From positions 3,769 through 67,768 of the IMG/VR virus record IMGVR_UViG_3300022723_000240: DNA of 64,000 nt; one strand, written 5' to 3'. This DNA comes from a virus. The translations under genes were made by a program, and so were the position numbers. Below the pieces are notes generated by a model that had not been told where the DNA came from, ran no database searches, and saw only the letters and a list, made by a program, of their open reading frames with translations. Positions 16,737 through 25,966 of this stretch are shown in pieces (position 1 is the first letter of the stretch; every line of letters begins with the position of its first letter).

Positions 16737-18942
16737 CGATGGTTAACCAATCCTTATTTTTCCGGTAATTAGCATTATCATTCCATGCTGCTGCCATAAC
16801 TTTGGCACTAGATCCATTTCCTTTAGCTAAACTCATTAAAGCATTTAAGTCTTTGGGGAAACAATTAGCAGTCAACAGATTTCCAGAAGTAATGAAATTT
16901 TCATTGTCTTCTACTTGTGTAGAATACACTTCAGTAGGATCGTCTATCAACAATATCTCTATTACTCTAACTAGCGTATAATGATCAAGCTCAATATAGT
17001 GAGTATACCCGCTACCCCCATCTTGCATATTGTTTGACTTATCTCTTATAAAATAATTTCTCTCTTGTTCAATAAGATTAAGATAGTTAGAAACTGCGAT
17101 AATATCATCCTTACAATTAATATTTAACTGATGAGATATCCCAGATGATTTTTTGCCTGTCTTCTGACAATAAGAAGCAAACACTTTTATGTTTCTTAAG
17201 ATACTATTAATCTGTTCAATTAAAATCTTACTTTGGCTTGCAATATTTAATCCAATATGTTTCCCATAACCATTCTTGACCGTTCCATCACCTCTAAAAT
17301 AAGACGACAAACAAACTCTTATTAAGTGACTATCGTTAAATATACAATCCGGTATTTTCTTATTTTTACTATTAATGCCACATCCCAACTTGCCCAATAT
17401 ATATCCTAAAACAGAATTTTTAACTACCACGACACTACTATCGTGATTGTAATACTTATCGATTTTGTGATAGTACTCATATCCTTTACAAGATAACGAC
17501 TCACATAAGTCATTAATATAATAATCTTTATGAAATCCAAATGAAAAATAGGTTAATGGATTTCCTCTATCATCGATAGTAATATTTCCTCCAGCTAAAT
17601 AATACCCAACAATTTTAGCATAGTCATCATCAATTGTTATTAATTCATCAAATTCAGATGAAGTATTGGTTTTAATTTTTACAACATCAGACTGATTAAT
17701 CCTTAATGCAATGCACGCCTGCTTAGATATTAAAGATCTGTCACCGTTTAGCAATCTAGTTTTTTGATCTCTAGATATGATATCATTACCATACAAAAAC
17801 TGTATTTCATCATCAGTAATATTTCTATTAATTTTAACCCATTTAACCTTTTCATATGGCAATAAATTAATAGTAGAAGTAATTTTATCCCTAGAAATTG
17901 GGACATTAACACTGGCTACGTAATCACCAATCTTCAAATCAGATACTTTAACTTTCTCAAAAGTTCTAGATTCTGGATTAAAAACTAAATGATTGTGATC
18001 AATAGATGAAGTAACTCTTGATCCCTTATCAGTTTTAATCATTAATAACTGATTAACCACCCTTTTCCTTACACCTTCTATGGGTTTAAACTCAACAGCA
18101 GCACTAAAACGATTATAGCTAGCAACACTAATCTTATGATCATCTTGTAGATCGAATAAATCTCTAAAATAATATAAATTTGGCATACAATTATCCAATT
18201 TGGCGTGAACTACTTCATCACCGACTAGGCACTTACCACCAAATCCAAAATCACCATCAGGGCCTGGAACCTGTAAATGGGTTGGGCCAACTCTACTATC
18301 TAAAGAGAAGGCACGCACTATATCATCCCAATCTCCTGAAACCATATCTTTATCAGTTAGGATATTCCACAACTGATGGTATTCGTTCATCAATGACACC
18401 TTAACTGAGAACCAAACATTAGTCATGTACTTAGCCATCATAGCTGATTCTGCCGTGACCTCAGCATACATAATATCTTGTGGGGCATTACGATAAACAA
18501 AAAGATACAATTCTTTTAATAGTGATATGTCATCCTTATCACCACCCAATAGTATCCATTCAGTATTAATAAAGTCTTCCCTAGCTCTTCGCTCCGTTAA
18601 GAATTCAGGATTAGTCACTATACGTAATGTTGGAAACCATTTTCTAAACTTACATACTGATGTTGGCAAAAGAGTCGATTTAATTACCGCAACGCCCGAA
18701 TAATGCTCTGTCTCCAATTCACGCAAAACATTCTGTACAATAGAGTCATCAATAGCACCACCCTTACACATAGGTGTCGGCACGCATATAAATATTATAT
18801 CTTTATCAATGACCCTGCTAATAGTAGATCCTAAAATTTTCGGGTCATGAACCGCAATATTTGTGACACCAAAATACTCAAATCCATTCTTGAGCGCATC
18901 ACCAACGAACCCAAGACCAATAATACCAATTGATTTGTCCAT
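16699..18942 (-). CDS. UDP-glucose/GDP-mannose 6-dehydrogenase-family protein (short ~291-aa extein), intein-containing
   Basis: GIIGLGFVG, ICVPTP, IKST, NPEFL, AKYMTN, DSRVG, GFGGK/CFPKD. Confidence 0.9.
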   Translation of the reverse strand: MDKSIGIIGLGFVGDALKNGFEYFGVTNIAVHDPKILGSTISRVIDKDIIFICVPTPMCKGGAIDDSIVQNVLRELETEHYSGVAVIKSTLLPTSVCKFRKWFPTLRIVTNPEFLTERRAREDFINTEWILLGGDKDDISLLKELYLFVYRNAPQDIMYAEVTAESAMMAKYMTNVWFSVKVSLMNEYHQLWNILTDKDMVSGDWDDIVRAFSLDSRVGPTHLQVPGPDGDFGFGGKCLVGDEVVHAKLDNCMPNLYYFRDLFDLQDDHKISVASYNRFSAAVEFKPIEGVRKRVVNQLLMIKTDKGSRVTSSIDHNHLVFNPESRTFEKVKVSDLKIGDYVASVNVPISRDKITSTINLLPYEKVKWVKINRNITDDEIQFLYGNDIISRDQKTRLLNGDRSLISKQACIALRINQSDVVKIKTNTSSEFDELITIDDDYAKIVGYYLAGGNITIDDRGNPLTYFSFGFHKDYYINDLCESLSCKGYEYYHKIDKYYNHDSSVVVVKNSVLGYILGKLGCGINSKNKKIPDCIFNDSHLIRVCLSSYFRGDGTVKNGYGKHIGLNIASQSKILIEQINSILRNIKVFASYCQKTGKKSSGISHQLNINCKDDIIAVSNYLNLIEQERNYFIRDKSNNMQDGGSGYTHYIELDHYTLVRVIEILLIDDPTEVYSTQVEDNENFITSGNLLTANCFPKDLNALMSLAKGNGSSAKVMAAAWNDNANYRKNKDWLTIDGAVSEDYVEET
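16864..18231 (-). mobile_element. intein (456 aa) with a LAGLIDADG-like domain, inserted at the catalytic Cys of the dehydrogenase
   Basis: Starts CLVGDEVV; block B SSIDH; ends VYSTQVEDNENF...LLTAN followed by CFPKD; motifs VGYYLAGG and SSYFRGDG. Confidence 0.92.
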
Positions 18943-18945
18943 ATG

Positions 18946-19158
18946 TTATCTACTAATTAAATTTCTAATCTTAAGCTCATCTACTTTTTCAGACAGCTTC
19001 TTGAAATAATAGACATTCCAATCTTCGTCCCCATGCGTATAGTCAACATGAGACTTAATGTTTTGAAGAACTGTCCAGCCTTTTCTCTTTTCGCCAAGGC
19101 TAACATAATGTTCGACAATGGCCTTCTCTAAGCCATCAATCTTATCTTCAATAAGCAT
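18946..19158 (-). CDS. hypothetical protein
   Basis: Fills the gap between thyA and the dehydrogenase; AGGA RBS. Confidence 0.6.
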   Translation of the reverse strand: MLIEDKIDGLEKAIVEHYVSLGEKRKGWTVLQNIKSHVDYTHGDEDWNVYYFKKLSEKVDELKIRNLISR

Positions 19159-19167
19159 TTTCTTTTC

Positions 19168-20775
19168 CTATACTGCTACGGGAGCTTTAATAGCAGGATG
19201 TGGGTCGTAACCCTCTACCTTTATATCTTCATGTGTAAATGAAGTTAGGGTTTCTATACCTTTGCCCTTCAACCGATCATTAATAGTTAACGTGGGCAAT
19301 TTCCTAGTTTCTCTGCTCAATTGTTCTTCAACTTGATCCATATGATTTTTATAGATATGAAGATCGCCAAAGCTGTGAATAAATTCACCTACCTCTAAGT
19401 CACACGCCCAAGCAATTAAATGCGTAATCAAGGCATAAGATGCTAGATTAAACGGCACACCCAAAAAGAAATCAGCGCTTCTTTGATGCAGTTTAATGCT
19501 TATCTTGCCATCACGCACATAAGCTTGCCATAAAGTATGGCAAGGTGGTAGACAGACCGTGTTTGCTTCTTTAGGATTCCAACCTGTTACGATCAACCTA
19601 CGTGAATTTGGATTAGTCATAATCTCATTAATCAGCCAAGCTATTTGATTAAAAGTAGTTCCATACCTATAATTATTATCAATTTCTTTAAAGGTCCAGC
19701 CTTTATGACTCCCTCCTTCTCTTAAACATTTAGAAATTTTACTTCTATCAAGGTCATGAATATTGGCAAATTCATTCTGATTTATGTGAATATGGGTCTC
19801 GCCCTCTGGGGATATTGCCTCGAATGATTTATTTTTAGTGTACAGTGAATTTCTATCTTTCCTAAGCCAAATACAAGTATCAGGAGAATATACTTCAGAT
19901 TTATAGTGATCTTTATCAATTTGATATAAGGATGGGTTACCTAATTTCATATTGAAATTAGGTAACAATTTAGAATCACTATAGAAATTAGCATAGTTTA
20001 GCCATCTCTTGCAAACAGTTATTCCTTTAGCACCATAGTATTCATACTCTTTGCAATTTTGATTATAACATCTTTCTAACATATGGACCCATGTCTTCTT
20101 CAAATTATCATTAAAATCATCATCATATTCAGTGCATTTTATACCAACATACCCAATGCCACACACAGACGGCTCAAATTCATCCTTTATTCTTCCATGC
20201 AAGGCCGCATCTTTTCTAACTTCCTTAATTCTACCAGACATAAATCTAACTAAAACTAGCGGTCTTCCTTGATCATCGTTGCCAATTGGACTGGTGGAAT
20301 ATGTAAAAGATTTTCCATTAGCTGACCATGGAGCATATGGTTTATCTAACTCATCAGTATTACAATATTTTTCTAATTGTGGGTCTACACTACACCACTC
20401 AGATGGCGCCCTGGGATCAACTTTAACTATTCCGTCATCACTCCCAAAATATGCCCATTGTTTGCCATAAATAGGACCCAAATCGCCTTCTTTACGATCA
20501 AATCGTGCGCATTGCTCTTCTGTTGCCCACTCGTCCCATATTGTGCAATTTAAATCCTGTAAAAATTGCACATCGGTTCGACCACGCATGAACCACATTA
20601 ATTCGGATACAATCGACTTCAAATGGACTTTTTTAGTAGTCAATAACGGAAATCCTTCAGATAAATCAACACGATATTGATGACCAAAAAGAGAATAAGT
20701 ACCAACCCCAGTGCGGTCACCACTATTAACACCGGTATCATAGATTTCTTTAAGAAGTTCGAGATATGCTTTCAT
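19168..20775 (-). CDS. thyA: thymidylate synthase with a ~260-aa in-frame HNH-endonuclease-like insertion
   Basis: DRTGVGT, FPLLTTKK, ELMWF, IWDEW, GDLGPIYGKQW, SRR, LPPCH, QRSADFFLGVPFN, GDLHIY, IKAPVAV. Confidence 0.95.
   Translation of the reverse strand: MKAYLELLKEIYDTGVNSGDRTGVGTYSLFGHQYRVDLSEGFPLLTTKKVHLKSIVSELMWFMRGRTDVQFLQDLNCTIWDEWATEEQCARFDRKEGDLGPIYGKQWAYFGSDDGIVKVDPRAPSEWCSVDPQLEKYCNTDELDKPYAPWSANGKSFTYSTSPIGNDDQGRPLVLVRFMSGRIKEVRKDAALHGRIKDEFEPSVCGIGYVGIKCTEYDDDFNDNLKKTWVHMLERCYNQNCKEYEYYGAKGITVCKRWLNYANFYSDSKLLPNFNMKLGNPSLYQIDKDHYKSEVYSPDTCIWLRKDRNSLYTKNKSFEAISPEGETHIHINQNEFANIHDLDRSKISKCLREGGSHKGWTFKEIDNNYRYGTTFNQIAWLINEIMTNPNSRRLIVTGWNPKEANTVCLPPCHTLWQAYVRDGKISIKLHQRSADFFLGVPFNLASYALITHLIAWACDLEVGEFIHSFGDLHIYKNHMDQVEEQLSRETRKLPTLTINDRLKGKGIETLTSFTHEDIKVEGYDPHPAIKAPVAV
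19660..20442 (-). mobile_element. in-frame HNH-type endonuclease plus NUMOD-like DNA-binding domain inside thyA (boundaries approximate)
   Basis: WVHMLERCY...YYGAKGITVCKRW..YANF, IDKD...YSPDTCIW...N, then FANIHDLDRSKISKCL...HKGWTF. Confidence 0.8.
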
Positions 20776-20917
20776 TGTGATCTCCGCAGATTAAATACGC
20801 AAAGTTACTTTGTGAAGTTATCTGTTTTAAACGAGTTTTCTGCACTATATGGACGCAGCGCCCATCGAAGGCGTTACCTTGATCGGTTTCCATCTCAATA
20901 CTTTCGTAACAAAAAGC

Positions 20918-21700
20918 CTAAGAAGAAGGACGCTCAAAAGAAGGCAAAGACTTAAATCGTTGCTTAAATTCAGCTTCAAACGCCAGATAAGCAATACGAG
21001 CAATCAAGCCGTCTTCCAAGCATTTTTTATTAGCTTCGTTTAGCTCACGATATACTTCATTTAAATCATCATTGACTTGATAGCCATAACTGGTTAGCAT
21101 CGCTAGTATAATCCCACGTAAGTTGTTGTCCGTACCAGTTTTATATGAACGTATTTCTTCAATATGACTATAAAAACTGTTAGCCATATGATCTAAAGAA
21201 GCCGGATCTTTTATTAAATCAACCGAACTGTTTTTATCACCGTGGGCAATTCCAAATTCGTCAACTGCACCATAAAATTCAAGACTTCTGGTGCTACCCC
21301 TATGAATAGCAATAGAATCTTTGCCTTCCTCCATAAGATAGGCATAATTCATTCTTAATAAAAATATCTTTTTGATATATTCATCTTGATGCAAACAGCG
21401 TTCAAGCCTATTCTTGAATTTTTTAATATCACAAACTTGCATCCACTCCGTAATCTGGTTATCAACAAATGTTTCTGGATTTCCTAAACTAAAATCCCAC
21501 CCAAATAGATCATTATAAACTACATGATAAGCACCCAAAACTTCCAAAGGATACAACTTATCTCCATGTTTTGGGTCGTATCTAAGAGCTATTTTTCGTA
21601 ATCTATCAATAGTATCACCAGTTTTTTGAACTAGTTCGTGTATGATCTCTCCAGAAGGCAACACCCTGCGAACTATCTGGTTTTCATTTTTGTCATTCAT
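20918..21700 (-). CDS. hypothetical protein
   Basis: 260-aa ORF with GGAGG RBS. Confidence 0.7.
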   Translation of the reverse strand: MNDKNENQIVRRVLPSGEIIHELVQKTGDTIDRLRKIALRYDPKHGDKLYPLEVLGAYHVVYNDLFGWDFSLGNPETFVDNQITEWMQVCDIKKFKNRLERCLHQDEYIKKIFLLRMNYAYLMEEGKDSIAIHRGSTRSLEFYGAVDEFGIAHGDKNSSVDLIKDPASLDHMANSFYSHIEEIRSYKTGTDNNLRGIILAMLTSYGYQVNDDLNEVYRELNEANKKCLEDGLIARIAYLAFEAEFKQRFKSLPSFERPSS

Positions 21701-21741
21701 TTTCAGCCTCCCAAAACATTCTTTACAGTCTAAAATACAAA

Positions 21742-21749
21742 TATAAATA
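21742..21749 (+). promoter_or_regulatory. TATAAATA late-promoter-like box
   Basis: 4 nt upstream of ATG 21754. Confidence 0.5.
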
Positions 21750-21753
21750 GACC

Positions 21754-22704
21754 ATGGATTTCACTCAAAGACTAAATTCTATATTAGCAGAAGATGCCAA
21801 CACATTCGCTGATTCATTCGGTCTTCCCAGGATATCTCCATGGATAGTTCAACAATACAATAAGGGCCATCAATCTTTCAAAGACTATGAAAATATCGTG
21901 CGCTGGGTCACCAACAGCAACCCTAATATCCAAGATTATGACTTTTATAGCGCATTAAAACAAGCACAAGAATACTGTAGCAGCATGCGCCAAGATGGTT
22001 TCGACCCTTATACAGAATTGCAATCAAAAAATGTGGTAATTGATTTTGATAGTGGCAAAAAATGGCTTGCCATCGGACCAGAGGACTGTAACACCATTTG
22101 TCATCGTCTACGATATGATTGTAGCGCAGAATTACAAGCTGTTGTAGACGGAGACTGTAACTGCTACGCCCTACAGGATCCTCAAGACAACACTATCTGC
22201 ATATTTTTAGATTCTGAACCTTATCGACTAATCGGCCAATTCGGTAATCCTGTAACCAACTGTCATCAAGAAATAAAAGGACTTTGTGTCCGTAAGGGTA
22301 TTGATATTGTTCCAGAAGCCTACAGCGATTTAGAGCTACCTAAAGCATTGGCTACAAAAGAATTAAATATTGATGATGTTCCAGATCTATCGACAGTTAT
22401 GAAACGTCTATCTTCAATAGATATAATCAATTGTAACTTAATTAATTATGCTCACTATTCTACATTAAAATCGGTTTATGACTTATATAACAAAACAGGA
22501 CACAATTGCTTACTAGTATATGCTATTTGTTACTTGGTAGCTAACGGGCACACTAAAACTCAGGCGTACAACACTGTCAAAGCAGCGGTGTCGCAAAATC
22601 CAGAAGTTGCTTCAACTATTGAAAACGATGGTTCAGACAATCGCTTCTATATCAAATTAATGGACGATGCTGCTGCCGAAATTAGCTCTCTTCAGAGACA
22701 TTAA
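21754..22704 (+). CDS. hypothetical protein
   Basis: 316-aa ORF behind a TATAAATA box. Confidence 0.7.
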   Translation: MDFTQRLNSILAEDANTFADSFGLPRISPWIVQQYNKGHQSFKDYENIVRWVTNSNPNIQDYDFYSALKQAQEYCSSMRQDGFDPYTELQSKNVVIDFDSGKKWLAIGPEDCNTICHRLRYDCSAELQAVVDGDCNCYALQDPQDNTICIFLDSEPYRLIGQFGNPVTNCHQEIKGLCVRKGIDIVPEAYSDLELPKALATKELNIDDVPDLSTVMKRLSSIDIINCNLINYAHYSTLKSVYDLYNKTGHNCLLVYAICYLVANGHTKTQAYNTVKAAVSQNPEVASTIENDGSDNRFYIKLMDDAAAEISSLQRH

Positions 22705-22706
22705 AA

Positions 22707-23822
22707 CTAAAGATATTTCTTTTTAACCTTAGTATAACCTAGGTTGGTGTTATGATTTTGGCTACCAGCGTGCACTGCTAGTACGTTTTCACCATTCTCT
22801 ACATCACTTATAGCTTTGGCGATAGCATCATTAGCTGTTCTATCTCTGTTACTATTTGCTATTTCAATAACGGTATGGGCCATTGGAATCTTACACTCTG
22901 GATATCCTATATCCTTGGCTGCAATATACGCATTATTAGCTATAATAGCCGCATTCGGATTGGAACAAGCATCCTCAGAACTGCTGATCAATATTCTCCG
23001 CGCAATATATACTGGATCCTCGCCACTTAATAACCATTTGGCTAACCAATAAATAGCGCTGTCGGCATCACTACATTGAATAGCGCATTGCATGTTCTGA
23101 GCACAATCGAAATGCTCATTGCCCGTCTTATCAAAGTAATAATATTTATCAGGCATGGCTGTATCGATATCATCAGATGTCACTTCACAGTTATCATCCA
23201 TTAATACTTCAACAACTGTCTCCATAGTTGTCATCAGTTTACGGATATCTCCACTGCAACGCTTGATTAAGCGAATTGCAGCTTCTTTGCTGATCTTGAT
23301 ATCTCTATTTCGTTCCTTATAATAGTCGACTACTTTCTTAATAGCGAGTATCATATCTTTATGCGTCAATGGATATAATTCAAAACTCTGCAGGCGCGAT
23401 AGGAGCGCACCATTAACAGCAAAAGCTGGCTTTTCAGTGGTGCTTCCCACCAAAACAATAGTGCCATCTTCCACAGTCGGCAAAAGCGTATCCTGTATGT
23501 TTTTGGCCCATCTATGAACTTCATCGACAAATGCTACAGTAATAGTGCCATTTTTCTTTCTCGCCTCTGCTTGCGAAACTGTTTTGCGAATGTCAGCAAT
23601 CTTAGAATTAGTAGCATTAAGTTCTACAAATTCAGCGGCGGAATCATAAGCCAAACAACGCGCAATGGTCGTTTTACCAATGCCCGCTGGACCAGTTAAT
23701 AGCATAGATTTAATAGAGTCTTTATCAGCCATCTTTCGAATAGGCTTACCTGGACCAATTAAATGCTCTTGACCAATAACATCATTTAGAGTTTTAGGAC
23801 GAAGGACATCTGCAAGTGGCAT
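22707..23822 (-). CDS. rarA: replication-associated recombination protein A (RarA/MgsA AAA+ ATPase)
   Basis: PLADVLRPKTLNDVIGQEHL, GPAGIGKTT, FVDEVHR, GSTTE, LLSR, GEDPVYIARR, IGYPE. Confidence 0.9.
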   Translation of the reverse strand: MPLADVLRPKTLNDVIGQEHLIGPGKPIRKMADKDSIKSMLLTGPAGIGKTTIARCLAYDSAAEFVELNATNSKIADIRKTVSQAEARKKNGTITVAFVDEVHRWAKNIQDTLLPTVEDGTIVLVGSTTEKPAFAVNGALLSRLQSFELYPLTHKDMILAIKKVVDYYKERNRDIKISKEAAIRLIKRCSGDIRKLMTTMETVVEVLMDDNCEVTSDDIDTAMPDKYYYFDKTGNEHFDCAQNMQCAIQCSDADSAIYWLAKWLLSGEDPVYIARRILISSSEDACSNPNAAIIANNAYIAAKDIGYPECKIPMAHTVIEIANSNRDRTANDAIAKAISDVENGENVLAVHAGSQNHNTNLGYTKVKKKYL

Positions 23823-23833
23823 TATCTGCTCTC

Positions 23834-24181
23834 CTATACTTTTTCAGATACCATAGACACCAGAAAATCACCTTTATTTTCTTCTATCTTAAGCATATCC
23901 AAATCTACGAATAATTCTAAAACCAACTGTGCCTGATTTTTATCATGAATGGATCTGGGTAATTCTAAAAGCCCTTTGCTATCTAAAAATTGATAGATTA
24001 CTGTTTTAAATATAGCCGGATCATAATAGCATACGCCATTAACTTCAACACACAGATTAATATGTTGATCATCATCGATGTCAGGAAAGCCATCATTATA
24101 ATTTTCTACAATAAGAGCATATAATTCTTCTAAATCAACATTATTCAGAAAGACCACCGATTGTTCGTCGTTCGATGTCAT
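23834..24181 (-). CDS. hypothetical protein
   Basis: ORF in the operon. Confidence 0.55.
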   Translation of the reverse strand: MTSNDEQSVVFLNNVDLEELYALIVENYNDGFPDIDDDQHINLCVEVNGVCYYDPAIFKTVIYQFLDSKGLLELPRSIHDKNQAQLVLELFVDLDMLKIEENKGDFLVSMVSEKV

Positions 24182-24500
24182 CTGGACTCAACTCTGTCCA
24201 GTATATCTCTAATGCTTCGCACGGTTCATCCGACACGTTGTGAAACTTATGGTATATATTAGGCTTAATAGTATATTCATCAAATGGCACGAGGTCAACT
24301 ACATCTGGGTCCTTGTCGGCTCCAGACTTCCAAGTTTCGACTCTCAATGCGCCCTTGAGAATTAAAAATCTATTATACTTCATCTTATGGTAGTGCTCAG
24401 AACAAAAGCCATTTGGATTAATTTCCATATGGTGGATCTCAACATTGTTTTGGAAGAATACTCTTCTAGTACACCCCCAATATTTTCCGGCCTTATCCAT
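24141..24500 (-). CDS. cupin-domain protein
   Basis: KYWG, CSEHYH..K...F, IKPNIYHKF, ALEIY. Confidence 0.75.
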   Translation of the reverse strand: MDKAGKYWGCTRRVFFQNNVEIHHMEINPNGFCSEHYHKMKYNRFLILKGALRVETWKSGADKDPDVVDLVPFDEYTIKPNIYHKFHNVSDEPCEALEIYWTELSPDDIERRTIGGLSE

Positions 24501-24985
24501 TACTTCTTTTTCTTCCTTGTGCGGCTACAGATGGTAAAGTTTTCGAGCATTTGATCATATCGTTTTTCGAAATAATCTTGTGCTGCCATCATCCCCAGTT
24601 TTCTAGATTTAAAATTTAATTCCTCATGATTATTTATCTTATTAATATTGCCACAACTTGGGCAGTACCATTCTTGCTTATAATAACCATCTGGAAGCGG
24701 CGTTTTATAACCACATTCACACGTTAAATTTACCTGCGACACACTACTTACAGGGACCATATAAAAAATCGATAACTTATCAGGACTTCTCTCCCTCAGA
24801 TACTTAGAAAGAAACTTTCTCTCTTCTGCAAACTGTTCCTTATTAAAGACATACAACTCCTCTTCACTCTCATTAGACTGATCAAAACCATCAGGTTTTG
24901 AATGAATATAAGGGCCTTTCATCTTAAGTCCCTCAGTCTTATCTTCGGAAACTAATGAATAAAATATGTATATTGGCGTAGTCAT
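24500..24985 (-). CDS. hypothetical zinc-ribbon protein
   Basis: CECG...CPSCG. Confidence 0.6.
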   Translation of the reverse strand: MTTPIYIFYSLVSEDKTEGLKMKGPYIHSKPDGFDQSNESEEELYVFNKEQFAEERKFLSKYLRERSPDKLSIFYMVPVSSVSQVNLTCECGYKTPLPDGYYKQEWYCPSCGNINKINNHEELNFKSRKLGMMAAQDYFEKRYDQMLENFTICSRTRKKKK

Positions 24986-25020
24986 ATATCTTTATATTAA
25001 AGAGACTTTAGTGGTAAACT

Positions 25021-25632
25021 TTACTTACCTGATGACCCAAAACCATTAGATCCACGAGCACTTGGTCTAAGTTCTTGCGCTTCTTCAATCGGAAACGGAT
25101 AGGTCCTGGCTAAAATTATTTGGGCTAAACGATCTCCATGATAAACTTTAACTTTACAAGTATTAGTGTTATGAACTTGAACTAATATCTCTCCACGATA
25201 ATCATCAATTATTCCTTCAATAACACGCAATCGATGATTTTTCTCAGTACTGGAACGATGGATTATGCGACCGTAATAGCCTACTGGAAATTCCATATAA
25301 ATACCTGTATGGAGGATTTCGCGCTCATTTGGCCAAACTTCAATCCCACCATGTTTACGATGTGCCTCACTTAAAATAACTGGCAAATCGATCCCAGCAT
25401 CACCAGGATAAGCACGCTTTAGGGGCGATTTTTTATGAATTTCTCTAGCTTCTTTACCAAATTCGTTGTCCAGATACTTATACTTTATCTTACTATTCAT
25501 TATTCCTTTAAGATAAGACAAGTGATTGATCTTTAAAAAATCTTCAACAACTTCTGGATCTAAACCATATGTATTTTGGAATTTTAACTTTAGTCTGTTG
25601 ATCTCAGAACTTAATTCATTGTTGTCAAACAT
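25021..25632 (-). CDS. dut: trimeric dUTPase with an N-terminal extension
   Basis: DAGIDL, RSS, GIIDDYRGEI, GDRLAQII, RGSNGFGSSG. Confidence 0.92.
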   Translation of the reverse strand: MFDNNELSSEINRLKLKFQNTYGLDPEVVEDFLKINHLSYLKGIMNSKIKYKYLDNEFGKEAREIHKKSPLKRAYPGDAGIDLPVILSEAHRKHGGIEVWPNEREILHTGIYMEFPVGYYGRIIHRSSTEKNHRLRVIEGIIDDYRGEILVQVHNTNTCKVKVYHGDRLAQIILARTYPFPIEEAQELRPSARGSNGFGSSGK

Positions 25633-25675
25633 GGTCCTCTCCTAGATAAAAATAAAATACGTATTTGAGGTATAG

Positions 25676-25966
25676 ATGACAATCTGGCGCTATATTGGAT
25701 GTGAGATTGATAAAGTCCCCAAGGAAATCTTATCAGAAGATTGCCTTTCTCCTCAACAAATCCGTGAACTTTTAGATACGATGCCACTTGTTGAGGGGCA
25801 TATCGAAGCTGTAACGGTAGATTCTCTGACCGCTCTTCTTCTAAATGATAACATTTTCCCTATTAAAATCCACCCGCAAGATGGCGATGAATCTCAAATG
25901 GACCGCCTAAAACGTCTTCAGAGCCTAGCAAGACAACAAATTAAGCGCGACAAGAAAAACCGTTAG
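25676..25966 (+). CDS. hypothetical protein
   Basis: GAGG RBS; divergent from dut. Confidence 0.55.
   Translation: MTIWRYIGCEIDKVPKEILSEDCLSPQQIRELLDTMPLVEGHIEAVTVDSLTALLLNDNIFPIKIHPQDGDESQMDRLKRLQSLARQQIKRDKKNR

Noticed and set aside
19660-20442. Intein in thyA
   Set aside because: No block A, B, F or G motifs and no terminal Asn followed by Cys, Ser or Thr.
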